Source: a bacterium (GTDB lineage Bacteria; Zhuqueibacterota; Zhuqueibacteria; Oceanimicrobiales; Oceanimicrobiaceae). Taken from it: DNA of 20,660 bases. Below the pieces are notes generated by a model. That model saw nothing but the letters and a program-made list of their open reading frames with translations, ran no database searches and was not told where the DNA came from. The position numbers and the translations under genes were made by a program. The stretch spans positions 1 through 20,660 of the forward strand of contig JBHIAC010000046.1 of NCBI GenBank assembly GCA_046758365.1. The letters run 5' to 3'. Of the stretch, positions 1 through 9,472 are shown one piece after another (the first letter of the stretch is position 1; each line of letters starts with the position of its first letter).

Positions 1-2373
1 GAGGATGGACAGAATTTTTATCTTTGGTTTGTGGACCTGCGAGGCAATGTAGATTATCGGAATCATCAGGTTGTTCGGCTTTTATACGACAGCAGCTTGC
101 CTCAATTTAAAGGGTTTGAGGTATTGAATGCAGATTTTCAACCCTATTGGTATAATCAGACGAGCACTTTGGCAGCACAGATTAAGATAAATTATAGTGA
201 ACGGCATCCCCAAAAGCTGCGGTTGGAGTCGGTGGGATTAGATACAACGGTTGAGGTTGAAGAGCTTTCCAGTGGAGAAAATGTTTCTTCCCTTTTTAAT
301 ATAGCCATACAGGGGAAGTCGGATGGTATTTATGATTTGGCATTCACCTTGATTGACAGTGCTGGCAACCTGGCTCAAGACACTTCTAACATTGCTTTGG
401 ACAGCACGCCTCCGGTGGGGACTGAGGCTAGTTCACCAGATACCAGTTCAGAAGAGAGTTTTGTGGTTACCTGGGGAAACACAGCAACCGATGGTAATGG
501 TTCAGGCCTATCAGGCATTTATGATGTGAAGGTGCAAATCGATGGCGGTATTTGGTTAAATTGGTTGACGAATTTTGCGGGTACTTTGGCAGAATTTCAG
601 GGGGCTCATGGACAGACTTATGGGTTTGAAGCTGTCGCTCATGACAATGTGGGAAATATCGAAGTTTTTTCGCAAATCCCAGAATCCGTGACACATGTGG
701 ATACGAGCTTTTTTGATAATAGACCACCTACTGTTTTTCACACTCCAACATTAGTCGTCGAAGAAGGAAAGGGTATAGATATTCAGGTTCAAATTGAAGA
801 TAACATACAAGTGATAGAAGCCACCCTGTTTTATAAACAAAGTGGCAAGAGTGATTATCAAACGATGGAAATGACTGATTTAGGAGGTGGTATCTATCAA
901 GCAACTTTGACTGCAGCACAAATATCTACTAAAGGAATCAATTATTATATCCGGGCTTCAGATGGAATTAATTTTGCATTTCATCCACCGGAAAATTGGG
1001 ACATATGGCCAAATAATGTTTCCGTACGCATATTAGGTACAAACAATCAAGGTCTAATTAAAGAGCAATCACAACCAGGGGGAAGCACCCAATCTGCCTT
1101 TCGAATGATTTCAATGCCATTAATTCTAGATGATCCTAGGCCTCAGACGGTTCTTGAAGATGATCTCGGCCCCTATGATTCTAAACAATGGCGCTTATTT
1201 CAATTTAATTCATTGGCAGGAGAATACTCCGAGTTCCCCAATCTCGACGCCTTTCTTCCTGGAAAGGCATTTTGGCTCATCGTACGGGAGCCTAATAAAC
1301 AGATTGACTCAGGAGTGGGGACTACGGTAACGACGAATCAGTCTTTTCAAATTTTTCTGAATCAAGGCTGGAATGATATAGGCAATCCGTTTGGATTTCC
1401 TGTAAATTGGAGTGATGTGGAAGTTGTTCAAGGCAACCCGAATGATATTATGGGGCCATATACCTTTAGAGATCAGTGGCTGTTGCCCAATCAAGTCACA
1501 ACCCTTTCTCCATGGGAAGGGTACTCTGTATACAGTCTAATCCAAGGAGCTGTGATTTCTATCAGTCCCATCGAAATTGATAATCAACCAGTCCATACTC
1601 TGGCAAAAAGTTACCACCAAGCCAATTGGCACCTTGGAATCGAAGCTGTCTGTCAGGAGGCCTTGGATGGCACAAACTTCCTAGGAGTCTCAACTAATGC
1701 TTTAGCCAACTGGGACAAATTAGATTATTTAGAACCACCTTATATCGGTGATTATGTCTCTCTACGGTTTCCCCATGATGAATGGCAAATATATCGAGGT
1801 GCATTTACCACCGATTTTCGGCCGCCTTTTGATGATGGCCAAGTCTGGCATTTTGAAGTTCAGACAAACATCTTAAATGCACCGATTACATTGAAATTTC
1901 AAAAATTAGAATCCTTGCCTTCATATTTCCGAGTCCTCTTGTTCGATTTGACTACATTTCAGCAAATTGATGTTCAACAAAATAAAGAATATAATTTTAT
2001 ACCAGACCAAAGTAGTTTGAGCAGAGAATTTGATTTAATAATTGGGACAAATTCGTATGTTAAAAATTCCGATATTCTAAAGGAAACTATACCGAAAGAA
2101 TTTTCACTAAGCCAGAACTTTCCTAATCCATTTAATGCCGGCACAACCTTATTTTATCAAATTCCAGATATCTGTCATGTTTCAATAAAAGTGTTAAATA
2201 TTTTGGGCCAGGAAGTTCGCCAATTAATTTCTCAAAGACAAGTTCCAGGCGTCTATAAGGTATATTGGGATGGTAAGTCAGATGCTAGTAAAGAAATAGG
2301 CTCTGGATTATATATAATCAAATTTGAAGCGGGGCACTTCCAACAGAGTCGCAAGGTTTTATTAATTCGTTGA
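1..2373 (+). CDS. Large secreted Ig/FN3-like repeat protein with C-terminal FlgD-Ig / T9SS type A sorting-like domain (5'-truncated)
   Basis: Frame is open from base 1 (EDGQNFYLWFVDLRGN...), so the GTG at 31 is probably not the start. Beta-rich Ig-like segments (DSAGN...DSTPP, DNVGN...DNRPP, YYIRASDG). C-terminus 'PKEFSLSQNFPNPFN...I.NILGQEVRQL...WDGK...SGLYIIK' is the typical FlgD-Ig/secretion C-terminal domain. Confidence 0.85.
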   Translation, partial: EDGQNFYLWFVDLRGNVDYRNHQVVRLLYDSSLPQFKGFEVLNADFQPYWYNQTSTLAAQIKINYSERHPQKLRLESVGLDTTVEVEELSSGENVSSLFNIAIQGKSDGIYDLAFTLIDSAGNLAQDTSNIALDSTPPVGTEASSPDTSSEESFVVTWGNTATDGNGSGLSGIYDVKVQIDGGIWLNWLTNFAGTLAEFQGAHGQTYGFEAVAHDNVGNIEVFSQIPESVTHVDTSFFDNRPPTVFHTPTLVVEEGKGIDIQVQIEDNIQVIEATLFYKQSGKSDYQTMEMTDLGGGIYQATLTAAQISTKGINYYIRASDGINFAFHPPENWDIWPNNVSVRILGTNNQGLIKEQSQPGGSTQSAFRMISMPLILDDPRPQTVLEDDLGPYDSKQWRLFQFNSLAGEYSEFPNLDAFLPGKAFWLIVREPNKQIDSGVGTTVTTNQSFQIFLNQGWNDIGNPFGFPVNWSDVEVVQGNPNDIMGPYTFRDQWLLPNQVTTLSPWEGYSVYSLIQGAVISISPIEIDNQPVHTLAKSYHQANWHLGIEAVCQEALDGTNFLGVSTNALANWDKLDYLEPPYIGDYVSLRFPHDEWQIYRGAFTTDFRPPFDDGQVWHFEVQTNILNAPITLKFQKLESLPSYFRVLLFDLTTFQQIDVQQNKEYNFIPDQSSLSREFDLIIGTNSYVKNSDILKETIPKEFSLSQNFPNPFNAGTTLFYQIPDICHVSIKVLNILGQEVRQLISQRQVPGVYKVYWDGKSDASKEIGSGLYIIKFEAGHFQQSRKVLLIR

Positions 2374-2403
2374 ACTTTAAAATTTCAAAAATTGGAAAAT
2401 AAA

Positions 2404-3150
2404 ATGGGTGCGATAAAAAAAATACTTTACTGTATTTTTATTAGTTGGTTAACCACATCGGTAAGTTTGGGGCAAGATCAGGCGTTGCAAAATCTCATTC
2501 AAGGGAAAAAGTATTTTTGGGAAGCCAAATTTGAAGAATCTATGGCTTCATTAAAAGCTGTTTTAGATATTAGTACTACAAACAAAGATTATTTATTTGA
2601 AGCCCATCTCTACATGGGTTTTGTTTTGGCTCGTCAAAATGCAAATAAAAAGAAAATCAATGCCGCATTCGAACAAGCGATTAAGATAGATCCTAAAAGA
2701 AGATTGGATGAGTTGGTTATACCACCTGATTTATCTGAAATGTTTAACAAAGTAAGAAATCAACTCGTCGGATGTATATACGTGAATACTGATCCTTTGG
2801 GGGCAGAAGTTATGGGTGTTCAGGGGGATAGTATCTTATTCATTGAAACCACGCCAATCCTTTTATGTGAGTTGACAACGAAAGAGTATCAAATTCTTAT
2901 TGCTAAAAATGGTTTTGAAGAACACCTTATGCCATTTCATGTAACATCAGGTGGTATGGATACCCTTTTCGTTACCTTAAATCCTATAATTGGTAAAAAA
3001 TCGGGGGGCACCAAATTGTGGACTTGGGTGGCTCGTGGTGGAATAGTGGCCTCCGCTGCCGCTGCAGCCCTCTTATTTAAAACAGTCCTTGTAAAGGATA
3101 AGAATGAAATCGAAGATCTACCAAGTCCGCCGGAAAGACCAACTCCTTGA
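2404..3150 (+). CDS. Secreted TPR + PEGA-like domain protein with C-terminal hydrophobic segment and Pro-rich tail
   Basis: ATG at 2404 precedes a signal-peptide-like stretch (TTG at 2392 is an alternative start). TPR-like helices (AHLYMG...A..AFEQAIKIDP), PEGA-like 'IYVNTDPLGAEV...YQILIAKNGF', C-terminal 'LWTWVARGGIVASAAAAALLF...DLPSPPERPTP'. Confidence 0.7.
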   Translation: MGAIKKILYCIFISWLTTSVSLGQDQALQNLIQGKKYFWEAKFEESMASLKAVLDISTTNKDYLFEAHLYMGFVLARQNANKKKINAAFEQAIKIDPKRRLDELVIPPDLSEMFNKVRNQLVGCIYVNTDPLGAEVMGVQGDSILFIETTPILLCELTTKEYQILIAKNGFEEHLMPFHVTSGGMDTLFVTLNPIIGKKSGGTKLWTWVARGGIVASAAAAALLFKTVLVKDKNEIEDLPSPPERPTP

Positions 3151-3175
3151 ATTTTAAAGAAATTTAGTAATTGCT

Positions 3176-5215
3176 TTACTCTATTTTAGCAATAGTAAAA
3201 GATACGTACTTTGTAACGCCTTTCTCTACCACCACAATTGTGTCTTTAGGAACTGAATCAAAGCCATCACGATTTACTGCAATTGTATGGGAGCCTACCG
3301 GCAGTTTAATCTTTAATGGAGTTGTATTTGGTTTTTGATTCCATAATTTGCCATCAATGTAAACGTAACCAAAACCATACTCAGCAGCGTTTTTCAATGA
3401 GACCGCAACAAAACCAACTTCCGTTGCATTAAAATTGTGTCTAACCGTTAATACTTGTCCAACTTTTAAATTTACAACCTTCTCCCAACTTGCATTTAAG
3501 TTCAAATTTACATATCGGATTCGATGCTCTCCCTCCGCTAATATAACTTTCAGTGGAGTTTTACCTTTATATACTTTACCATCGATATAAAGGGAGTCAG
3601 CTTGAGGAAGGGCATCTAAGATAATCGTTCCAAAGAGGTCCATTTTAGGCTTAAGATCAAAAGAGACCACTGGGGCATTCTTTGTAGCAGTAAATTTTTG
3701 AGTGAGTGTTGAATAACCATCTTTTGAAATTTGTACTGTGTAAAGGCGATTGGGTTCAAGATCATTTACTTCAAATTTGCCTTTATTATCGGCTCTACCC
3801 TTAAATTGTCCATCAATATATATAGAAGCATCAACAGGCTGATTCTTTGATTTCACAAAAAACGTTGCTGTTATCGGTCCAAGGGCGCTTGGTTGGCTTT
3901 CTGTTGATTTTTCATGATTAGCTGGTAATTCACGGAAAGTTATTTCTTCCTTGGATTCAATTTGTTCAGGTTTTGAGCTAAGATCGGCTTCTTTTGCGCT
4001 TAGTAAATCAGAAACGGGAATTTTAGATGAATCTTCAATAATTGTAGCTGGTATTTTTTGGTCCTGAAGTTGAAGATTATCTGTTTCTGGTGCCTCGGTT
4101 TTTTTTTGAGCAGTTTGTGAAGAAACAATCGGGATTTTTTTAGATACATTATTACTAATGAAAGGTATCTGATATTTATTCACGGTGACGAATATAGCGA
4201 TTAAGAGAATCAAAATACTTAATCCTGATACAAGATACTTCCTTGCGGCAAATATACCTCCTAAATATTCAATCCAACTTTTCTGAAAAGACCGATCTAC
4301 ATAAGATTCTTGGGTAAAGAATTTTTCAGAATTCTCTTGTGTGTGAGCTAAGTTAAACTTTCTTTCTAGTTCATCTGCTTCTTTAGTAAATCCTGAAAAT
4401 TCGCGTTTCAATATTTTTAACTCCTCAACAAAATCTTTAAAATTATGAAATCGATTTTCTGGATTTTTATTCAAAGATTTGGACACGAGCATTTCTAGAC
4501 TGATGGGAATGTCTGGTACGAATTTACTTATTGAAGGGACGGAAGCTAATAAATACTGATCTTGAATCGTTGAAATGTTGTTTCTATTAAATGGTAAATG
4601 ACCAGTAATTAGTTGAAAGATAATTACTCCCAAAGAGTAAATATCTGCTCTTCCGTCAATTCTATCAATTTCGCTGAAAACTTCGGGAGCAATATAGTGG
4701 GTAAGATTTAGAGCTCTTGTTTCCTGCTTTTTTAGAAGATATGGAGTTAACAAATAAAACCCAAAATCGTCTATTTTGATTGTACCCTCGGCTGAAACGT
4801 AAATACATTCTGGATTCAGAAGCCCATGAACCACCCCCTTGAGATGAGCATAGCGTAAGGTCATTCCGATTTTTAATACAAAATCGATGAGTTCCGAATA
4901 AGTTAAGGAAAACTTTTCCTGATTCAATGAATTTAATGGCTCGCTATCGATGGTCTCTGTAATAATATAATAATAGTTTTGTTCTTGGCCGTAATCATAT
5001 ACTTTACAAATATAAGGGCTATTCAATAAACTAATAATTCGAGTAATGTTATAAAAGTTAAGAATATCCTTCTCGTTGTCTAAAAGGTTTTTATCAAACA
5101 GCTTAAGATATATGCGTTGGCCGTTTTTCTGATTTATCGCATCGTAGAGATTATAAAATACTTTATTACAAACTTTTTTAGTAATTGTAATTGTTTCAAG
5201 TTTTGGAAAAGGCAT
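3176..5215 (-). CDS. Membrane Hanks-type Ser/Thr kinase-like protein with extracytoplasmic PEGA domains (probable pseudokinase)
   Basis: Kinase fold motifs DFG, YIAPE and DGRADIYSLG...TGHLPF are present. One TM helix (about aa 328-345), a low-complexity linker, then PEGA-like repeats (ASIYIDG, LYIDG...GKTPL, VYIDG...TTPLKIKLPVGSH). Catalytic motifs are degenerate. Confidence 0.85.
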   Translation of the reverse strand: MPFPKLETITITKKVCNKVFYNLYDAINQKNGQRIYLKLFDKNLLDNEKDILNFYNITRIISLLNSPYICKVYDYGQEQNYYYIITETIDSEPLNSLNQEKFSLTYSELIDFVLKIGMTLRYAHLKGVVHGLLNPECIYVSAEGTIKIDDFGFYLLTPYLLKKQETRALNLTHYIAPEVFSEIDRIDGRADIYSLGVIIFQLITGHLPFNRNNISTIQDQYLLASVPSISKFVPDIPISLEMLVSKSLNKNPENRFHNFKDFVEELKILKREFSGFTKEADELERKFNLAHTQENSEKFFTQESYVDRSFQKSWIEYLGGIFAARKYLVSGLSILILLIAIFVTVNKYQIPFISNNVSKKIPIVSSQTAQKKTEAPETDNLQLQDQKIPATIIEDSSKIPVSDLLSAKEADLSSKPEQIESKEEITFRELPANHEKSTESQPSALGPITATFFVKSKNQPVDASIYIDGQFKGRADNKGKFEVNDLEPNRLYTVQISKDGYSTLTQKFTATKNAPVVSFDLKPKMDLFGTIILDALPQADSLYIDGKVYKGKTPLKVILAEGEHRIRYVNLNLNASWEKVVNLKVGQVLTVRHNFNATEVGFVAVSLKNAAEYGFGYVYIDGKLWNQKPNTTPLKIKLPVGSHTIAVNRDGFDSVPKDTIVVVEKGVTKYVSFTIAKIE

Positions 5216-5268
5216 TTTTCTCTACTTTTTATATTAGCAATAATTACTACTACTTTATTACCTTTAAT

Positions 5269-5297
5269 AATCTATACACAAAATCATAGAAATGCAA
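5269..5297 (-). promoter_or_regulatory. Putative sigma70 promoter for the kinase-like gene
   Basis: Minus strand TTGCAT-N17-TAGATT, about 55 bp upstream of the ATG at 5215. Confidence 0.45.
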
Positions 5298-5450
5298 TAA
5301 TTTTTTTAAAAAACAGACTATTGATGTTAATACTTCTTGAAAAAATATAATTGAGATTGTATCTTTCAATGGATTCTTTAAAAACTTTCCAATTTTTAAG
5401 CAAAAATCTTGTACAAATTAGCGGCAAAATAAAAAAGAAAGGATAATGTC

Positions 5451-5834
5451 ATGTCAAAAAAAGTTATTTCTACGTCCAATGCTCCTCAGGCAATTGGGCC
5501 ATATTCTCAAGCAATTCAAGCCGATTCATTTCTTTTTATATCTGGACAAATTCCGATTGAACCTGTCACCGGAGCGCTCCTATTGGGAGATATTCAAAGC
5601 CAAACCAAACAAGTCATGGAAAATATTAAAGGCGTTCTGGAGGCCGCTGGTAGTTCTTTGAAATCTGTAGTTAAGACAACCATTTTTTTAAAAAATTTGG
5701 ACGATTTTAATGCTGTGAATGAAATTTATGGAAGTTATTTTAAGGAAGATCCACCTGCTCGGGCTACGGTAGAAGTTTCACGCCTACCGAAAGGAGTCGG
5801 GGTAGAAATTGAGGCTGTTGCTCATTTTGAATAG
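5451..5834 (+). CDS. ridA: RidA/YjgF/UK114 family reactive intermediate (enamine/imine) deaminase
   Basis: [30 protein letters not shown]...[20 protein letters not shown] with the catalytic Arg retained. AAGGA SD upstream. Confidence 0.95.
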   Translation: MSKKVISTSNAPQAIGPYSQAIQADSFLFISGQIPIEPVTGALLLGDIQSQTKQVMENIKGVLEAAGSSLKSVVKTTIFLKNLDDFNAVNEIYGSYFKEDPPARATVEVSRLPKGVGVEIEAVAHFE

Positions 5835-5974
5835 TGATTTTTATTATCAATATTAAATTTATTATGGTAATATGAAACAAAAATATCAAAGGGTATGTAT
5901 TAGAAGCGGAGAATTATTAAGTTTTCGTAAGTTTATAACTTGGGAATTTAAATAATTGAATTAGGAGGAGAACT

Positions 5975-6316
5975 GTGAGAGAGAATTTTTACCCAGAATT
6001 TATTCGTAAATTACCGCAGGCAGACCTTCCCATTGATAAAGTAGTGGGTTATCTTTTCCAAGGAACTCATGGCCAAATCTGCTTTTTCGATTTTGAAGCT
6101 GGTACTGATGTGCCGGCCCATTCCCATGGTAACCAGTGGGGTGTAGTTCTGGATGGAAAATTTAGCTTAACTATGAATGGAGATACACGAACTCTACGCA
6201 AAGGAGATTCGTATTATATTCCAGCAGGAATGGTGCATTCAGCAAAGTTTGAGCAAGCGTGTAAAATCTTAGATTTTTTCGAAGATGCGAACCGATACAA
6301 GCTGAAAGAAAAGTAA
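5975..6316 (+). CDS. Cupin domain protein
   Basis: PAHSHGNQWG.VLDG and GDSYYIPAGMVHS cupin motifs. GTG start with a strong AGGAGG SD. Confidence 0.9.
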   Translation: MRENFYPEFIRKLPQADLPIDKVVGYLFQGTHGQICFFDFEAGTDVPAHSHGNQWGVVLDGKFSLTMNGDTRTLRKGDSYYIPAGMVHSAKFEQACKILDFFEDANRYKLKEK

Positions 6317-6519
6317 CCCTCAGTTCTAGACATTCGAGTTATATTTGACATAGGAAGAATAATTAAACTTACCGTATAATAAGCTCTGTAATATTTCAAT
6401 TGTTTATAATTTAAGGAGTAGGCCTATTTAATTTTTTTGTGATTAATTTATCTAAAAAATTTGTTATATCTAATATATATTTTATTAGACTAAAACTTCT
6501 TAATTTCTGGTTAAAAGGA

Positions 6520-6548
6520 TTGTTTTATAATAGCTTTTTTTGTATATT
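6520..6548 (+). promoter_or_regulatory. Putative sigma70 promoter of the mlaEFD operon
   Basis: TTGTTT-N17-TATATT about 50 bp upstream of ATG 6600. Same -35 hexamer as the promoter at 9626. Confidence 0.45.
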
Positions 6549-6599
6549 ATAAATTACTTTAAAATATGAAACTTCTTGATAAAGCTTAAAGTAACCAAG

Positions 6600-7373
6600 A
6601 TGACTTACGTATTTCGGTTTTTAGGGAGGAGATTTTATCTCTTTTTTTATCATTTAGGATGCTTTGGAGATCTGGTTTGGCAAACCTTTAGGGCTTTAGG
6701 TGATGTAAAGACCTATTCATTGCTGATCGCCGAACAAATGATGCGGATCGGAATTCAGTCGATTCCGGTGGTAATTTATATTGCAGGGTTTGCTGGTATG
6801 GTTACATCTATTCAAAGTTCTGAGAATTTCACAAATTTTGTTCCTTTATATATAATAGGGATGGTGGTTGAGAAGGGTGTTTTACGAGAGCTTGCGGCCG
6901 TACTCACTGCTTTGGTTCTTGCCGGACGTGTTGGAGCTTCGATTGCGGCCGAAATCGGAACGATGAAAGTTACAGAACAGATTGATGCCTTGGAAACGTT
7001 GGCGTTTAATCCTGTGTCATATTTAATCGTACCCCGTGTTATTGCTGGAACCATTATGTTCCCGATTCTTACAATTTTTGCGGCTGCTATCGGCGTAATT
7101 GCTGGTTGGTTAACCGCTATAGCCTTGATGGATGTGACCACCTTTGAATTTTTTAAAGGCGCCAAAATGTTTTTTATAGACAAGGATGTGATTTTGCCAA
7201 TGGGAAAATCTACGCTTTTTGGGGCAGCAATTACTATGGTGGCTTGCTACCAAGGTTTTAATTCAAAAGGGGGGGCAGAGGGTGTTGGAACTGCTGCAAC
7301 AAATGCCGCTGTTATTTCTTGCCTTTTGATTTTATTCTTGGATTTTCTAACTGCAGCTCTTATTTTATTTTAA
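6600..7373 (+). CDS. mlaE: MlaE/YrbE family lipid ABC transporter permease
   Basis: RELAAVLTALVLAGRVGASIAAEIGTMKVTEQIDALE and GGAEGVG.A motifs. ATG 6600 preferred over TTG 6576. Confidence 0.93.
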   Translation: MTYVFRFLGRRFYLFFYHLGCFGDLVWQTFRALGDVKTYSLLIAEQMMRIGIQSIPVVIYIAGFAGMVTSIQSSENFTNFVPLYIIGMVVEKGVLRELAAVLTALVLAGRVGASIAAEIGTMKVTEQIDALETLAFNPVSYLIVPRVIAGTIMFPILTIFAAAIGVIAGWLTAIALMDVTTFEFFKGAKMFFIDKDVILPMGKSTLFGAAITMVACYQGFNSKGGAEGVGTAATNAAVISCLLILFLDFLTAALILF

Positions 7374-7377
7374 TGTA

Positions 7378-8172
7378 ATGAACAAAAAAATGAAAAAATC
7401 ATATAATAATAACAACTCCTCAAGGATGATTGAAATAAATAATTTGTATAAGAGATTTGAGGATAACGAGGTGTTAAGAGGAGTAAATTTAACTATTGGT
7501 AAAGGTCACACGACGGCTATTATTGGAAGTAGTGGTTCTGGAAAAAGTGTTTTGTTAAAGCATATTATGGGTTTAATGAAACCAGATGCTGGCTGTGTCT
7601 TTTTAAATAAAATCTGTATCACAGATCTTGGGTATCAAGAGTTAAAAGAAGTGCGGAAGAAAATGGCCATGGTATTCCAAGGTTCAGCCTTATTTGATTC
7701 CATGAACGTAGTAGAAAATGTGGGAATTGGATTGTATCAACATTCCAATTTTTCGGCAAAAGAGATTCAAGAAAAAGTCAGATTCTGTTTAGCTCAAGTG
7801 GGATTACATGGAATTGATAAATTATCCCCCGCAGAGTTGAGCGGCGGCATGAAAAAAAGGGTCGCCATTGCCAGGGCTATAGCCATGGAACCTGAAATCC
7901 TTTTATATGATGAACCGACTACAGGATTAGATCCAATTCGGGCTAATGCTATAAATGATTTAATTGTGAATTTGCAAGAGAAATTAGATGTAACTTCCAT
8001 TGTAGTAACTCATGATATGAATAGTGTTCGAAGAGTAGCAGATTGTGTGGCCTTCCTTTTCAATGGGATTATTCATTTTGAAGGAAACGTGGAGGACTTA
8101 GAGAATTCAAATGATGTACATCTTCGCAATTTTGTTGAAGGAATTGACGAATTAGACAAATATGCTGCCTAA
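7378..8172 (+). CDS. mlaF: MlaF/Mkl family ABC ATPase
   Basis: Walker A GSSGSGKS, FQGSALFDSM, LSGGMKKRV, LLYDEPTTGLDP, VTHD. Start uncertain (7378, 7390 or 7426). Confidence 0.93.
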   Translation: MNKKMKKSYNNNNSSRMIEINNLYKRFEDNEVLRGVNLTIGKGHTTAIIGSSGSGKSVLLKHIMGLMKPDAGCVFLNKICITDLGYQELKEVRKKMAMVFQGSALFDSMNVVENVGIGLYQHSNFSAKEIQEKVRFCLAQVGLHGIDKLSPAELSGGMKKRVAIARAIAMEPEILLYDEPTTGLDPIRANAINDLIVNLQEKLDVTSIVVTHDMNSVRRVADCVAFLFNGIIHFEGNVEDLENSNDVHLRNFVEGIDELDKYAA

Positions 8173-8189
8173 AATTAGGAGATAAATAA

Positions 8190-9104
8190 ATGCGTAAATT
8201 TAGTGCAGAAATCGCAACCGGGGTTGTGATTTTTTCAGCCATCATGATATTAATATTTGGTTATTTATATTTAAAAGAAGTCCCCTTTAAGGCGGGAAAA
8301 TTTTATTTGATGGCTCATTTTGATGACGTTACTGGATTGGAAAAAAGTGATTTTATTAGCGTCTCAGGATTAAAGATAGGAAGAGTGGCAGGCTTACGAT
8401 TAAAAGGCCTTGAAGTCATGGTTAAATTGGAAGTTAATCCCGGCGTAGATTTACCTAAAGATTCCCGGGCAATAATTAAAAGCATTGGTATGGTGGGGGA
8501 AAAATATGTAGAAATAATCCCAGGCATTGCAACGGAGTTTTTAGAAGATGGAGATTCCATTAAGGGAACTAATGCCGGCGATCTTTCTGATCTTAGCGGC
8601 TCAATGGATGGGCTGATGCAACAAGCTGAAGAGCTTATTAACCAACTCAGAACTATGCTTGAATCAATGTTTGATAATACCACTCAGAAAAATTTAAGAG
8701 AAAGTATTTTCCATCTCAGAAATATATCTGCTGCATTAGACAGAAATTCTGATAAAAATATTTTGCATCTCGAAAACATTTTAACTAATCTGGATAGTAT
8801 CTCTAACAATTTAAATGATATTCTGGTGGCAAGAAGAAGGGCAGTGGAAACTTCCATTGATAATTTTTATCAAGCCTCTACTCGGCTCCAAGGACTTACC
8901 AATAAATTGGATAGTTCGTTAACTAGCATGCAGGCTTTACTTACTAAAATAGAAAATGAAGAAGGCGCTTTAGGCAAAGTGATTTCCAGTGACGAGATTT
9001 ATAATGATATTAGACATTTAACAGCGGAGTTGGATGCCTTGGTTCAAGATATGAAAAAGCGTCCGCAGAAATATTTAAATTTAGGTTTTATAAAATTCTT
9101 TTAA
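8190..9104 (+). CDS. mlaD: MlaD/MCE family protein with long C-terminal helical domain
   Basis: N-terminal TM, MCE domain (F.DV.GL...SGLKIGRV...I.SIGMVGEKYVEI.PG), coiled-coil tail ending G.LGK...D.IY...P.KY. AGGAG SD. Confidence 0.9.
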   Translation: MRKFSAEIATGVVIFSAIMILIFGYLYLKEVPFKAGKFYLMAHFDDVTGLEKSDFISVSGLKIGRVAGLRLKGLEVMVKLEVNPGVDLPKDSRAIIKSIGMVGEKYVEIIPGIATEFLEDGDSIKGTNAGDLSDLSGSMDGLMQQAEELINQLRTMLESMFDNTTQKNLRESIFHLRNISAALDRNSDKNILHLENILTNLDSISNNLNDILVARRRAVETSIDNFYQASTRLQGLTNKLDSSLTSMQALLTKIENEEGALGKVISSDEIYNDIRHLTAELDALVQDMKKRPQKYLNLGFIKFF

Positions 9105-9437
9105 ATGTATCCTGTTGATGTAAAAAAGGCAGGTAATAATAGGTTAGCTGTCGTTTGGGATGATGGTCATGAGAGCATTTATACTATGGACCAGTTGAGG
9201 AAAAAATGTCCTTGTGCGAGCTGCCGAACAGCCAGAGAAACCCAACAGAGTAATCCATTGAGAGTACTTGCACCCCAGGAATTGATTCCTAAAAATATTG
9301 AATTAAAAGAAGCAGAGGTCGTAGGACGGTACGCTCTGCAATTTAGGTGGAGCGATGGCCATCATGAAGGAATTTATTCATTTGATTTTTTAAGGCAATT
9401 ATGCCAGTGTGACCAGTGTAAGAGCAAAACTCTCTAA
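9105..9437 (+). CDS. DUF971 / gamma-butyrobetaine hydroxylase N-terminal-like domain protein
   Basis: W.DGHES.Y...LR..CPCA.C and VGRYALQF.WSDGH..GIYSF..LR motifs. Abuts mlaD (TAAATG). Confidence 0.88.
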   Translation: MYPVDVKKAGNNRLAVVWDDGHESIYTMDQLRKKCPCASCRTARETQQSNPLRVLAPQELIPKNIELKEAEVVGRYALQFRWSDGHHEGIYSFDFLRQLCQCDQCKSKTL

Positions 9438-9472
9438 ATTTATAATTAAATTTACTAATAATTTTTATTAGA

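Noticed and set aside
6345..6380. Perfect TTGACA and TATAAT hexamers
   Set aside because: The spacer is 24 bp, incompatible with a single sigma70 promoter.
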